From positions 1 to 64,000 of IMG/VR virus record IMGVR_UViG_3300037851_000259: 64,000 nucleotides of DNA. One strand, 5' to 3'. The notes under the pieces are model-generated. The model made no database searches and had not been told where the DNA came from. It saw only the letters and a list, made by a program, of their open reading frames with translations. Below, piece after piece: positions 7,656 through 16,448 of the stretch (the first letter of the stretch is position 1; every line of letters starts with the position of its first letter). Made by a program: the position numbers and the translations under genes. Source of the stretch: a virus.

Positions 7656-8183
7656 TTAGACAGCTGAAAACCCTGGGATTTTGTAGTGTTCTTCCCACAT
7701 CTTTAGATTGCTTGGCAAATCATCTATGGTAAGCAGGATGTCGTACCTTTCTACGCACAGACGAGTCAAGTCCTTCTTTACCTCGCTGTCTATGCGGAAG
7801 TCACCAGGAGCCCGCATGTAGAGGCTGTAAGCGCCCAGACATGAGGTTGGTACGTTTTCTGATATCCATTTGCGTGTGGTGGTTTCCTGTCTCATCGTTC
7901 TGGCCCGTCCAGTCATGAATATGATGTGGAGGTCTGAGTAGACTGTCAAGGTTTTTATCAGAGCCAAAACTCCTGGATGGGCCTTTCTTGAGGAGTAAGA
8001 CTCTACTAACGCATCCCAATCGTCTGTGCTGGAGTAAGGCACGCTAACGGGCTTAGCTTCTGGCGGAGTCACTATAAGGGTTCCGTCAAGGTCTATCAGC
8101 ACTGCTTTGGGCAATGGGTTATCATTGTCGTTAGTATATGGAGGACAGTGAAGATTATGGAAGAAACTAGATTTTGTACTCAT
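7656..8183 (-). CDS. HAD-superfamily phosphatase (polynucleotide 3'-phosphatase / nucleotidase-like)
   Basis: HAD motif I VLIDLDGTL, motif II FMTGR and motif IV TIDDLPS. No P-loop kinase domain. Start chosen at the ATG at 8183, since the longer ORF to 8291 lacks an SD. Confidence 0.6.
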   Translation of the reverse strand: MSTKSSFFHNLHCPPYTNDNDNPLPKAVLIDLDGTLIVTPPEAKPVSVPYSSTDDWDALVESYSSRKAHPGVLALIKTLTVYSDLHIIFMTGRARTMRQETTTRKWISENVPTSCLGAYSLYMRAPGDFRIDSEVKKDLTRLCVERYDILLTIDDLPSNLKMWEEHYKIPGFSAV

Positions 8184-8420
8184 TGTAACGCCTTTCATCC
8201 ACTTGACGAGAAACACTGGGAATATCGTTACAAGTCGGATGGTGAAAGAGTTGCTAGTCGTTGTAAAGCGTACCGTAAAGCAGCTTACCATAGCGGGGGC
8301 GGTAAGGACAAGGCCAAAGCAGCGTGGTTATCTAAAGGGCAAGAAGAACGGGATAGGATAAATGCACGGCGCAGGGAATTGTACAGAGCGAAGGTTGACA
8401 AAAGTGAACAAGACGCTTAA
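8148..8420 (+). CDS. Hypothetical zinc-ribbon-like basic protein
   Basis: 90-aa ORF with CTHC...RCKAYRK and a basic C-terminus. The start is ambiguous (GTG 8148 or ATG 8157). Its 5' end overlaps the divergent HAD gene start. Confidence 0.4.
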   Translation: MKIMEETRFCTHCNAFHPLDEKHWEYRYKSDGERVASRCKAYRKAAYHSGGGKDKAKAAWLSKGQEERDRINARRRELYRAKVDKSEQDA

Positions 8421-8460
8421 ATATAGAATCTGTGCGTATAAACCATGGAGGACTGTTTAA

Positions 8461-8913
8461 GTGAAGAAGAAATTTTGTTTTGCCGTCCCAGCATCGTCTT
8501 TTTATCGTGATGAAGAAGAGAAGAAGAAGCTTGAAGAAGAATTCTTTAAGACAGAGTTTGATGAAGATCAGATGATCGAAGTCACCACCACTCTAGAGAA
8601 TCTTCTGTGGCATCTGTTCACTCAGCTTCCCGTTCCTACGGCTCCTCTTAAGAACAAAGCTCACGAGGCATGGCTGCTGAAGATTTCTGAAATCCTTACT
8701 TCTACCAAGGAAGAGGAAATTCCCTCTGTTGCTAAAGAAGACCTTGAAAAGGTCAAGAAGTTCCTTGACGAAGATGAATTGTTTGAAGCTCTTACGATTC
8801 CTTATGACATCAAGCTCCTGCCTGATGGTGAATCTCACTCAGTGACGCTTCCTGCCATCAATCTCGTAAGGGACAAAGAGTTCATTAACACCGTTACGGA
8901 ACTGTTTGCATGA
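8461..8913 (+). CDS. Hypothetical acidic protein
   Basis: 150-aa ORF with a GTG start, preceded by GGAGGA. Confidence 0.5.
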   Translation: MKKKFCFAVPASSFYRDEEEKKKLEEEFFKTEFDEDQMIEVTTTLENLLWHLFTQLPVPTAPLKNKAHEAWLLKISEILTSTKEEEIPSVAKEDLEKVKKFLDEDELFEALTIPYDIKLLPDGESHSVTLPAINLVRDKEFINTVTELFA

Positions 8914-9197
8914 ACGACTTAAAAAGCATGAATATGTATCTGTTTAGGAAGGCAGGAGGGGACATGTTTGACAGAGCCTCTTGCCTTCTTAAGATTAAGG
9001 ACAAGCTCAGAGGTCTTGGAGTCAAGGTAGTTTCTATTGAAGGCAATAAGCTAGAGCTTGTTTTGAGAGAGCCATTTTTGAAATTTCATTGTTCTGTTTT
9101 CAGGAACAGGTCTATCAAGAAGATGGCTCTTGTCTTGGCTCGATGTGTTGGACTTGACGTCAAGGGCTGTGTCCTTATTCGGCGTCAACCGTTGTAG
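8910..9197 (+). CDS. Hypothetical protein
   Basis: 95-aa ORF with a 4-nt start/stop overlap with the upstream gene. Confidence 0.45.
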   Translation: MNDLKSMNMYLFRKAGGDMFDRASCLLKIKDKLRGLGVKVVSIEGNKLELVLREPFLKFHCSVFRNRSIKKMALVLARCVGLDVKGCVLIRRQPL

Positions 9198-9678
9198 CCT
9201 CGCCCACCGTTTCTATTCCCTCAGAGAAGCTTCCACTACCTGTACAGTAAATGTCATCATCGTCATTGAGATCAGGTGCATAGAGTTCCCCAGCATCTCT
9301 GAGACTCTTCATTTCCTGGTAGTAAGACGTTCCTTTTATCTTTAGGATAGCCCTGTTGATGATGGACTTCACCTGAGACACGGTAATCCCAAGACGTCTA
9401 GCGATTTCGTCTTCAGTAAAGAGCCTGCCGTCTTTGTTGTCAATCATTTTGAAGAAGCAATAGCAGTCGGCATCTTCCGAAAGAGCGAAGAAATTGCACC
9501 CAGGAGCACTGAGTTCTTCGGCAGCGTTTGCTCCGAAGTTCTCAGACACCCATCGCGCTCTCTTTATTCCCTCTGGACAAAGAAACGTGAGTTGACTTGG
9601 ATGTTTGATTCCAAGCTTACACACGCCTTCGTCAGCTATTCGATGATTCTGTGGCGTTGCTGTCTTGTTGGTTTTCAT
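9175..9678 (-). CDS. Sigma-70 region-4-like HTH protein (putative transcription regulator)
   Basis: FTEDEIARRLGITVSQVKSIINRAILKIK is a typical sigma-70 region 4.2 / LuxR-type HTH. I see no region 2. The C-terminal tail is acidic. Confidence 0.5.
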   Translation of the reverse strand: MKTNKTATPQNHRIADEGVCKLGIKHPSQLTFLCPEGIKRARWVSENFGANAAEELSAPGCNFFALSEDADCYCFFKMIDNKDGRLFTEDEIARRLGITVSQVKSIINRAILKIKGTSYYQEMKSLRDAGELYAPDLNDDDDIYCTGSGSFSEGIETVGEATTVDAE

Positions 9679-9856
9679 AAGCGGCCACCCAAGAAGGATC
9701 TTTAGAGAGAAGATAAGCTACATGCTTTTCCAGGTTTGCTATTCGGTCGTGTATGGCTTGTGCAGAAGCAGTGAATGCCATCACCGCATCCATAAGCTTC
9801 GACATATCCTCTTTTTTGTTCTTGCTCTTAGCTTTGCTAAACAGGTCGGCTGTCAT
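9632..9856 (-). CDS. Hypothetical protein
   Basis: 74-aa ORF in an operon-like arrangement, with a 4-nt overlap with the upstream gene. Confidence 0.4.
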   Translation of the reverse strand: MTADLFSKAKSKNKKEDMSKLMDAVMAFTASAQAIHDRIANLEKHVAYLLSKDPSWVAAYENQQDSNATESSNS

Positions 9857-10260
9857 GGGAGTTCTCCTTCTAGGTAATCGATTCCCTTGAAATCTTTGAC
9901 AATGGTATAAACAGCTTCATCAAACTTGCGACGGTCTACTGCGCCACATATTCCTACTTTTGCGATCTCATCTATCGCAACATCGGCAAACAGCATGCTG
10001 AGGATAATGGCGAATCTTGGGTCAAATTCAGTTCTTTCATGTACCTGGTCAAACCCGGTTCTTAGTATTTTGAATGTTTCATACAGGCTTGGCATCCACT
10101 GAGCCCAAGTACGATCGCTGACCTCTGGGAAGATTGAGCGAACAGTTGCCTCAAAATGAGTCATTCGGATATCTGTATCGCAGTCTTTAAGCGTTTGAGT
10201 CGCTTCTGATATTTTTCTTCGTGTTCCAATGTCTATTACGTTGCTTGGCAGGTCCTTCAT
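9853..10260 (-). CDS. Hypothetical protein
   Basis: 135-aa ORF downstream of the probable portal gene. Confidence 0.5.
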   Translation of the reverse strand: MKDLPSNVIDIGTRRKISEATQTLKDCDTDIRMTHFEATVRSIFPEVSDRTWAQWMPSLYETFKILRTGFDQVHERTEFDPRFAIILSMLFADVAIDEIAKVGICGAVDRRKFDEAVYTIVKDFKGIDYLEGELP

Positions 10261-10324
10261 AAGAAGTATCTCCTGATTGTTCGCTTTGGCTCAATCAGGA
10301 TGATACAGGACGCTGAGTCACTTG

Positions 10325-12316
10325 TCAAATGGTTTTAACTGCTTGGACTACGCTGTTGATTTTATCTTGTGTTTCTGCCATCTTAGCTTGCTTGGTCTTT
10401 TCTATCGTCAGTCTAAGATTAAGCTCGTGCTTCTGCTGATCGTGCTTCATCTTTTGATCATGTTTCTCTTTTTCCATCTGAAGCTTGGCATCGTGCTTCT
10501 CTTTTTCAAGTTCAACAGAATTGTCTGGCGGCTCTTCTTGAGGAGGCAGTTCGCCTTCTTTAGGCTGAGAAGCGGCCATTGACATCTCCATCTTCTGCTG
10601 TTCCAGATTCATCATTGCCGACTGCTTCTCAAGCTCTGGCATCTGGTTCTTCAGCTGTTGATAGGCTTCATTAAGAGCAGGGTCTATCAAGAAGTCATAT
10701 GCAGGATTCTTAAGAGCGCCTTCTTCATGGAAGAAGTATTCCCTCATTTCTGAATATTTCATGTACTTGGCAACAAACTGATGAAACACAGGAGAAGTAG
10801 GTACGTTTCCGCCAAACGGGAAAGACTCTGTTCTTTCAGAATCAGACCATATCTTGGCAAAGGTACCAGAGGTTTGCAGCTCTTCCTTATAGAGAGCCAA
10901 GTCACCTTCCTTGGTGTTTTGTCCAAGCCCAACAGGTTCCAGAATGAAGGTTCCTTTAGCTTGAGGGAAAGCTTCTTCGACAATCTCATAGATTGAATCG
11001 AACAGGAGTTCGAGAATCTGTCTAAGACCTCTTTCTTCACCTTGGACAATCTGTTCTTGCTTTCCTCCATCAGATACGGTGGCTCCTTCTGGGTCCAATC
11101 CTCCGAATCCTATTTCATGGGGAGAAATCTGCAAACTGGCGCACACGGTCTGTATTACTCTGGTGTACAGGTTAACAAACTCCATGTCTTTTGCAGTGGC
11201 AGCTAGAGGCACCCATTCGACCTCCACAGCACCGGCAACTATAGGTACAGTGGCAGAGTTGTCATTTCTTGCCACATAGTTGCTAAACAGCTTCCTGAAG
11301 TTCTCTACGTCTTCCTTGCTGAGAAAGTCGCCTTCAGTCGTTTTAAGACTAATGATGCCTTTTGCACCAAGCCCCTTAGTGAAAGCGTTCTGCATGTACT
11401 GCTGTGCATAGAAGTTCATCAAGATGGTGTAATAGGCCATCTCAATTGGTGCCATTGGATAACCGTTCAGACCTTCAAATGCTTGTTTTTGATAGTATTT
11501 GACCTGTATTTCGTCTTCGGTGAAGAACGCCACGTTCTTGCCATTGATGCGCTGAACGTAAGCTACTGGCCTCTCTCCTTCTGGCAGTCCACTCCAAGCG
11601 TCTGCATCTATTGCAGAAGGTTCGTTGACGTCTTTGTCGGTTCTTGCCAGCCTGACCATTCTTCCATCAATTACACGGAACAAGGTTTCCACAGGAATCG
11701 GACGCCACATTATAGGAACGCCGTCTTTGTTTCTTATGATTTGAGTTGCAAATCTTCCAAAGGTAATGAGATTCCTGGTTTGGGCGCACAGATAGTCTGT
11801 GAGATTACATTGTTTGAAGAACGTATCGGAACCCTTAAACACATACTCCACAATGCTTGAGTTAGTTGTTCCACAGGTTCCAATCCATTTAGAGATAGCA
11901 TCAGCCAATGCCGACCTGTATGTACATTCTGCATCTTTCTCTTTTGGAGGGATACGCTTATCGTCTTGTACAGGGATGACCTCTCTAAGAAGGAATCCTC
12001 TCGAATACTTGGAACGTGTACGCTTGCTGAATGCCATAGCCTGATTACATCGTGTCGTAACAATCAGCGAAATCACAGAATCGTAGGCAGCGATGTCTCT
12101 GAGTTCTCTGTCAGAGAGACGACCAGTCTTGAGATAGATGTTGTCTACGTTTATGCGGTTCGTTTCTAGGTCAAGGATGACCTTGCTCTTTTCCACTTCG
12201 CCTATAAGAACAGGGTTGACTGGATGTGGCTTGACCGACTTTTCCAGGTTTTCTTCTGGGAACGACATCCGAAGTTCTGTCGGCTCTTTCTTTTTGAATA
12301 TATCGAAGATGCTCAT
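10325..12316 (-). CDS. Probable portal protein
   Basis: 663 aa. It lies one gene downstream of the large terminase on the same strand. Size, a Lys/Glu/His-rich C-terminal tail and gene order support the call. No portal motif recognised by eye. Confidence 0.55.
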   Translation of the reverse strand: MSIFDIFKKKEPTELRMSFPEENLEKSVKPHPVNPVLIGEVEKSKVILDLETNRINVDNIYLKTGRLSDRELRDIAAYDSVISLIVTTRCNQAMAFSKRTRSKYSRGFLLREVIPVQDDKRIPPKEKDAECTYRSALADAISKWIGTCGTTNSSIVEYVFKGSDTFFKQCNLTDYLCAQTRNLITFGRFATQIIRNKDGVPIMWRPIPVETLFRVIDGRMVRLARTDKDVNEPSAIDADAWSGLPEGERPVAYVQRINGKNVAFFTEDEIQVKYYQKQAFEGLNGYPMAPIEMAYYTILMNFYAQQYMQNAFTKGLGAKGIISLKTTEGDFLSKEDVENFRKLFSNYVARNDNSATVPIVAGAVEVEWVPLAATAKDMEFVNLYTRVIQTVCASLQISPHEIGFGGLDPEGATVSDGGKQEQIVQGEERGLRQILELLFDSIYEIVEEAFPQAKGTFILEPVGLGQNTKEGDLALYKEELQTSGTFAKIWSDSERTESFPFGGNVPTSPVFHQFVAKYMKYSEMREYFFHEEGALKNPAYDFLIDPALNEAYQQLKNQMPELEKQSAMMNLEQQKMEMSMAASQPKEGELPPQEEPPDNSVELEKEKHDAKLQMEKEKHDQKMKHDQQKHELNLRLTIEKTKQAKMAETQDKINSVVQAVKTI

Positions 12317-12327
12317 CTTTGTGACCT

Positions 12328-13311
12328 TTACAGAGAACAGGTGTGGATTACGACCGTCGCAGGCATGTCCGTTTCGTTCACGGCGTAAACGCTACTTGCT
12401 TGAATGGTTCCAATGAACATCGCTTGTCCCGGCTCATACTCATACAGCTTGATGGTATCGACAGAATTGTCAAATCTCAAATTTATCGGTCCAGATGCAT
12501 AGATGGCAATGAAGCTCAGAATACGGCTGAAGATGTTCATCGTATTGAGACCAGGAATGGCCGTTTCAGGAATCGCCAAAGGACTGATGTACCTCACCTC
12601 TCGGTCAGTAACTGCCGAGACCGTCTGTATGTACGCCTTGTTGTCGTATTTCAGGTTTGCGTTCGAGGCAAAGCTCATTCGGTCGCCTATCTGAACACCA
12701 TCGTTGGAGAACACTCTAAATGCAGAAGCGTAGTCCACTCCAAGTGTGACGTTCGATACAGCAGAACCTGAACCGTTGTCTCTAAACGTAATGTAATCGG
12801 CACCTTTGTCCGTTACTTTGTAGTTGATGCCTTGAATAGGAACATTAAAAGGAGATGTGAAGTCATCATCATCATCTGTCTGGAAATAAATGTCATCTCC
12901 TATCTGTACCGTAGCTGTGTTCATCAAGGTTCCAGAAACATACTTGACGGTAAGAGATGTTGGAGAAGGCTTAAGAATATCGACAACAGTATCAGCTCCA
13001 CATCCAGTGTTTCTGAATGTTCTGAAGTTTGGAGCAGTTCCTACTCCGGTCCAGCGCATACGCACTGTCTCTGAACCTGTCACAGGAAAACTTATTTCAA
13101 ATTGAGTTGTTCCGTCATAAGCCAGTGTCCTGCTGGTAGTATCCAGAAGAACCGTTTGGCCAGGGTACACCACTCTTGTATATCCAGCTGGGTTAGATAC
13201 AGGAATGCCGCTTCGAGTTGTTTTATAGTCAAACAGACTCTCCTGAGGATTCGCTGTAGCGGCAGGGTCGTTGTAGGCAGTCCGGGAAATGGCCAAGTTC
13301 AGATACGACAT
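12328..13311 (-). CDS. Hypothetical beta-rich (probably structural) protein
   Basis: 327-aa ORF between the terminase and the probable portal. The Thr/Ser/Val/Gly-rich composition is typical of virion proteins. Confidence 0.5.
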   Translation of the reverse strand: MSYLNLAISRTAYNDPAATANPQESLFDYKTTRSGIPVSNPAGYTRVVYPGQTVLLDTTSRTLAYDGTTQFEISFPVTGSETVRMRWTGVGTAPNFRTFRNTGCGADTVVDILKPSPTSLTVKYVSGTLMNTATVQIGDDIYFQTDDDDDFTSPFNVPIQGINYKVTDKGADYITFRDNGSGSAVSNVTLGVDYASAFRVFSNDGVQIGDRMSFASNANLKYDNKAYIQTVSAVTDREVRYISPLAIPETAIPGLNTMNIFSRILSFIAIYASGPINLRFDNSVDTIKLYEYEPGQAMFIGTIQASSVYAVNETDMPATVVIHTCSL

Positions 13312-13320
13312 AATTTCTCC

Positions 13321-16317
13321 TTAGAAACTGTAGATGAAATTCCCGGTTCTCTGAAGCGGTTGTTCATCTTTGTCTCGGCTATTATCCATTTTCTGCGCGT
13401 CAGGCCATGTAAGCTGAATGCCAGAAGTATATTGATAGTGCATGGACATTGCCTCTTGGAAATTCTCCTTTGTGGATAAGGAAGCTTCCACTGAAGTCAA
13501 CACTCTTTGTGCATCGTCTGGATTGAGAAGTGTCCCAGGTAAATCGCCCATTCTGGCAGAAGACTGCACGACTCCAGCCATCACATATGGATCGATGCCA
13601 TAACGACACGCATCGAGACAATGGGTAGGCATAGAGTCCGTTTCAAACTCTCCAAACAAAAATCCCATTGGACCTTTTCTGTACTGCCATTGCTCAAATG
13701 CTGTGATGATGGCGTCTGTGGTCCCGTCTCTTACAACAATGAGTCCATAGGTCTGTCTGGCCGGGGACCATAGCCTTGCTCTTATCCAAGAGACACCAGT
13801 TTCTATCTTTGAGGGCTTTTTGGACCTAGCTGGCATTCCTAGCTTTGAGGCTATTCCAGGAGCAGACCTATCAGCGGTATCAGGACACAGCAGGTCAAAT
13901 CCGAACTGGTCGTATATCTTGCTCTTCACATACATGAGCCAGTCCATGTTGGAGAAGCCTGGGCTCATTTCTGTATGCAAAATAATGCATTTATCAAGTC
14001 CTCTGTGATACGCAACGAGGACTGCTGCGGCTGGGTCAGTGTATCCAAAGTCAACTCCACAAGTCAGTCTCCATCCGTTAGCCGCAAGTTCCCTTATGAA
14101 CGACTGCTTAGTAAAGAAGGGGACGTTAGCATCCACACCAAATGCGAACTTGTATGCCTCTGGCAGATTCTTACAATGGATGCTCTTGTCGAATTTATTG
14201 AACACTACACCAGAACTTTCTGGCTTCAGGTTAAGAATTTGAGCTTTGACCTGTTCCGGATCTCCAGTTTCTCTAAGAATGGTTCTTACGAACGGAATGT
14301 CTCGAAGGATTGAAGAAGGCTGGCTCTTCTGTCTCACAGAGCGACCTTTGCAAACAAGGAAGGCAGCACAGTTCACACAGCCCGAGAATGCCTTAACCTC
14401 TTCATACATATCCAGATGCATTGGAGGAAGATGCTTCATCTCCTCTTCTTGCTTGATTTCCAGGCTTTCCTTATGAACCCATTGACTCACTTCAGGAAGG
14501 TCGGGTCGATGTACATCTTCTGGACACGGAATCATGATATCTGCCACAGACCACTTGTGCAAGGCGATTCCGTACTTAGGGTCAGCGCTCTGGTTTATCT
14601 TTTCTTGAATAGGGCCAGAAGCCGATTTACGAGATGACAGGTAGATGAATATGGGAGGCTTACCTGTTCTGTCTGGGTCACCAATCATGGCAGATTCTGA
14701 AAGCACACGTTTTTCGAGAAGATCAAGCTCGTCGTAGCATAGAACGGAGGCATGTTGAGCATTAGAGGAATCCTTGCTGGCAACAAGAACCTTCAGGGTT
14801 GCGTTTTCTGATCCTCTAAGATCCGTTAAGGGAAGTTTGTTCAGAGCTTTAACGCGCTTGTTATCTGTTACAGAGTATTTCTGGATAGCAGGAGTTCTCA
14901 TGAACTTGTTGATATATCCAACGGCGGCTAGGGACTGGTCAAGAATGGCAGCCATGTGAATGATATCTCTACCAAAGTGCAACATCAACAAGACTTCTAA
15001 GATAGCTACCGACAAAGTGTTGTGAGTCACTGCTCCATTGTATAGGCAATACAACGAGGTAGGAGAATCCACCGTGATGTCCCAACACCGATGTCTACCC
15101 GCATCTTGCAGCTTGACCCCGTAGCCCTCTTCATTGAAATTATTAGACTCGATTGAGTCATATTCTTCTTTGTATTTCTTTCTCTCTGTTACGATGTGAG
15201 GCGTCAATTCTTTCAAGATTCTCTTGCTGTAATAGGCGTGATTTATTTTGACGTAATACAATGGCCCGTTCACATAGTGTTTGTGATTAGATATGTAAAT
15301 AGTAGGAGTGAACTGCCACAAAGCCTGACATGCGTACACGAATGCATCTACCATCGATTTTGACTGCACTCCAAAATTTATATGTAATTGGAATCCAGTT
15401 TTCCTAGTTATGTATACGGAACCATCCGTATCCATCAATCCAGCAACAAACTCGACCAAGCTTTGCCTATCCCATGTCTTTATCTCTTCAAGATTAGCCA
15501 GTTTTTCGTGGGCTTTTCGTCCTCGAATACAGTCTTCATAGAAATCAGAAAACGCCCATTTTGGACCTTTCTTAGGTGCTCTGATTATGTATGTGTAATT
15601 GCCCTTCATCTTTGTCCAGAAAGTTCCCAGTATCTCTGCCACCTTAGTTGGTATCAGACTGTTTTCACTGGAAATTCTTACTCCGCACTCAGTAGAGCAG
15701 CCATCACCAAGCAATGCCCCTAGTGCATAAGCCAACGGCTCCCGTTTACTTCCAAGAGGCATTTCCAAGGTAACTCGCTTAATCCTCACTCCACCCCTTA
15801 ATTCAGAAGTCTTACGTTCTATGAGTTTGTCTGGAGTACGTGTATCGCAAGTTAGCCATATGTGGTTCTTTGTGCATGTAGCGATGGTGTGTCTGCTGTT
15901 TATGAGGTCTACACAATCCTGCACGCCTTGGTCATGCACGGCGGTTACTTTAACGGGGTTCCCGTTTTCGTCATATACGGTATCGCCTGGTTTAAGATTC
16001 TGTATCTCTACAGGGCCTTGAGGGGTAGCTACCAGGGTTCCTTCTTTAAGACATTTGCAACTATTTCTGGAGGCCGCAACAACAAATGTTGTTCTGTCTC
16101 TTTTGCCAGTGAGGGCCGTTTCGTATACGTCCCACACAAACTGCATAGGGCTTGACGTACTGTCTTCATCTAATGTGTAGTCTGGCAGAGGTATTCCAAA
16201 GAAGGTTTTAATCCATTGGTTGAGTTCTTCTTTTGACCTACAAGGGGTCAGCAGCATTTGCTCATACAGAGCGTCTAGCTTCATCGCTAAAGCTTGGTCT
16301 ATTTGTTCAGTGGTCAC
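13321..16317 (-). CDS. terL: Terminase large subunit, interrupted by an intein
   Basis: - Exteins join to AASRNSCK|TLSVAILE, giving a T4 gp17-like Walker A (SRNSCKT, compare SRQLGKT).
- Walker B: VLCYDELD.
- RNaseH-like nuclease motif: GVDFGYTDPAAAV.
- GTG start at 16317. Confidence 0.85.
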   Translation of the reverse strand: MTTEQIDQALAMKLDALYEQMLLTPCRSKEELNQWIKTFFGIPLPDYTLDEDSTSSPMQFVWDVYETALTGKRDRTTFVVAASRNSCKCLKEGTLVATPQGPVEIQNLKPGDTVYDENGNPVKVTAVHDQGVQDCVDLINSRHTIATCTKNHIWLTCDTRTPDKLIERKTSELRGGVRIKRVTLEMPLGSKREPLAYALGALLGDGCSTECGVRISSENSLIPTKVAEILGTFWTKMKGNYTYIIRAPKKGPKWAFSDFYEDCIRGRKAHEKLANLEEIKTWDRQSLVEFVAGLMDTDGSVYITRKTGFQLHINFGVQSKSMVDAFVYACQALWQFTPTIYISNHKHYVNGPLYYVKINHAYYSKRILKELTPHIVTERKKYKEEYDSIESNNFNEEGYGVKLQDAGRHRCWDITVDSPTSLYCLYNGAVTHNTLSVAILEVLLMLHFGRDIIHMAAILDQSLAAVGYINKFMRTPAIQKYSVTDNKRVKALNKLPLTDLRGSENATLKVLVASKDSSNAQHASVLCYDELDLLEKRVLSESAMIGDPDRTGKPPIFIYLSSRKSASGPIQEKINQSADPKYGIALHKWSVADIMIPCPEDVHRPDLPEVSQWVHKESLEIKQEEEMKHLPPMHLDMYEEVKAFSGCVNCAAFLVCKGRSVRQKSQPSSILRDIPFVRTILRETGDPEQVKAQILNLKPESSGVVFNKFDKSIHCKNLPEAYKFAFGVDANVPFFTKQSFIRELAANGWRLTCGVDFGYTDPAAAVLVAYHRGLDKCIILHTEMSPGFSNMDWLMYVKSKIYDQFGFDLLCPDTADRSAPGIASKLGMPARSKKPSKIETGVSWIRARLWSPARQTYGLIVVRDGTTDAIITAFEQWQYRKGPMGFLFGEFETDSMPTHCLDACRYGIDPYVMAGVVQSSARMGDLPGTLLNPDDAQRVLTSVEASLSTKENFQEAMSMHYQYTSGIQLTWPDAQKMDNSRDKDEQPLQRTGNFIYSF
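15019..16053 (-). mobile_element. Intein (345 aa) with LAGLIDADG homing endonuclease domain, inserted in the terminase P-loop
   Basis: Starts CLKEGTLV (Cys1, codon at 16051-16053) and ends ...NGAVTHN (codon at 15019-15021), followed by a +1 Thr. LAGLIDADG motifs LGALLGDGCS and VAGLMDTDGS. Boundaries verified codon by codon. Confidence 0.85.
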
Positions 16318-16354
16318 ATTCAGCCCTTTCGCTTTTGTCGTATGAAACCAGTAT

Positions 16355-16386
16355 ACAAAAAGACCCCAAGAATTAGATTCTTGGGG
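16355..16386 (-). terminator. Rho-independent terminator (minus strand)
   Basis: Perfect 10-bp stem CCCCAAGAAT/ATTCTTGGGG with a 3-nt loop (16364-16386), followed on the minus strand by TCTTTTTGT. Confidence 0.65.
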
Positions 16387-16448
16387 TGTACATTAGGAGG
16401 AGGTCTCGCAACAAGTGCTTGGTTGACCTATGTCACTTCTTGATTTTG

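Noticed and set aside
10325-12316. Alternative-frame and antisense ORFs within the probable portal gene (10322..10582, 10759..11070, 11483..11860, 11734..12063 and others)
   Set aside because: All are short, lack start signals and lie inside a continuous 663-codon ORF with normal composition.
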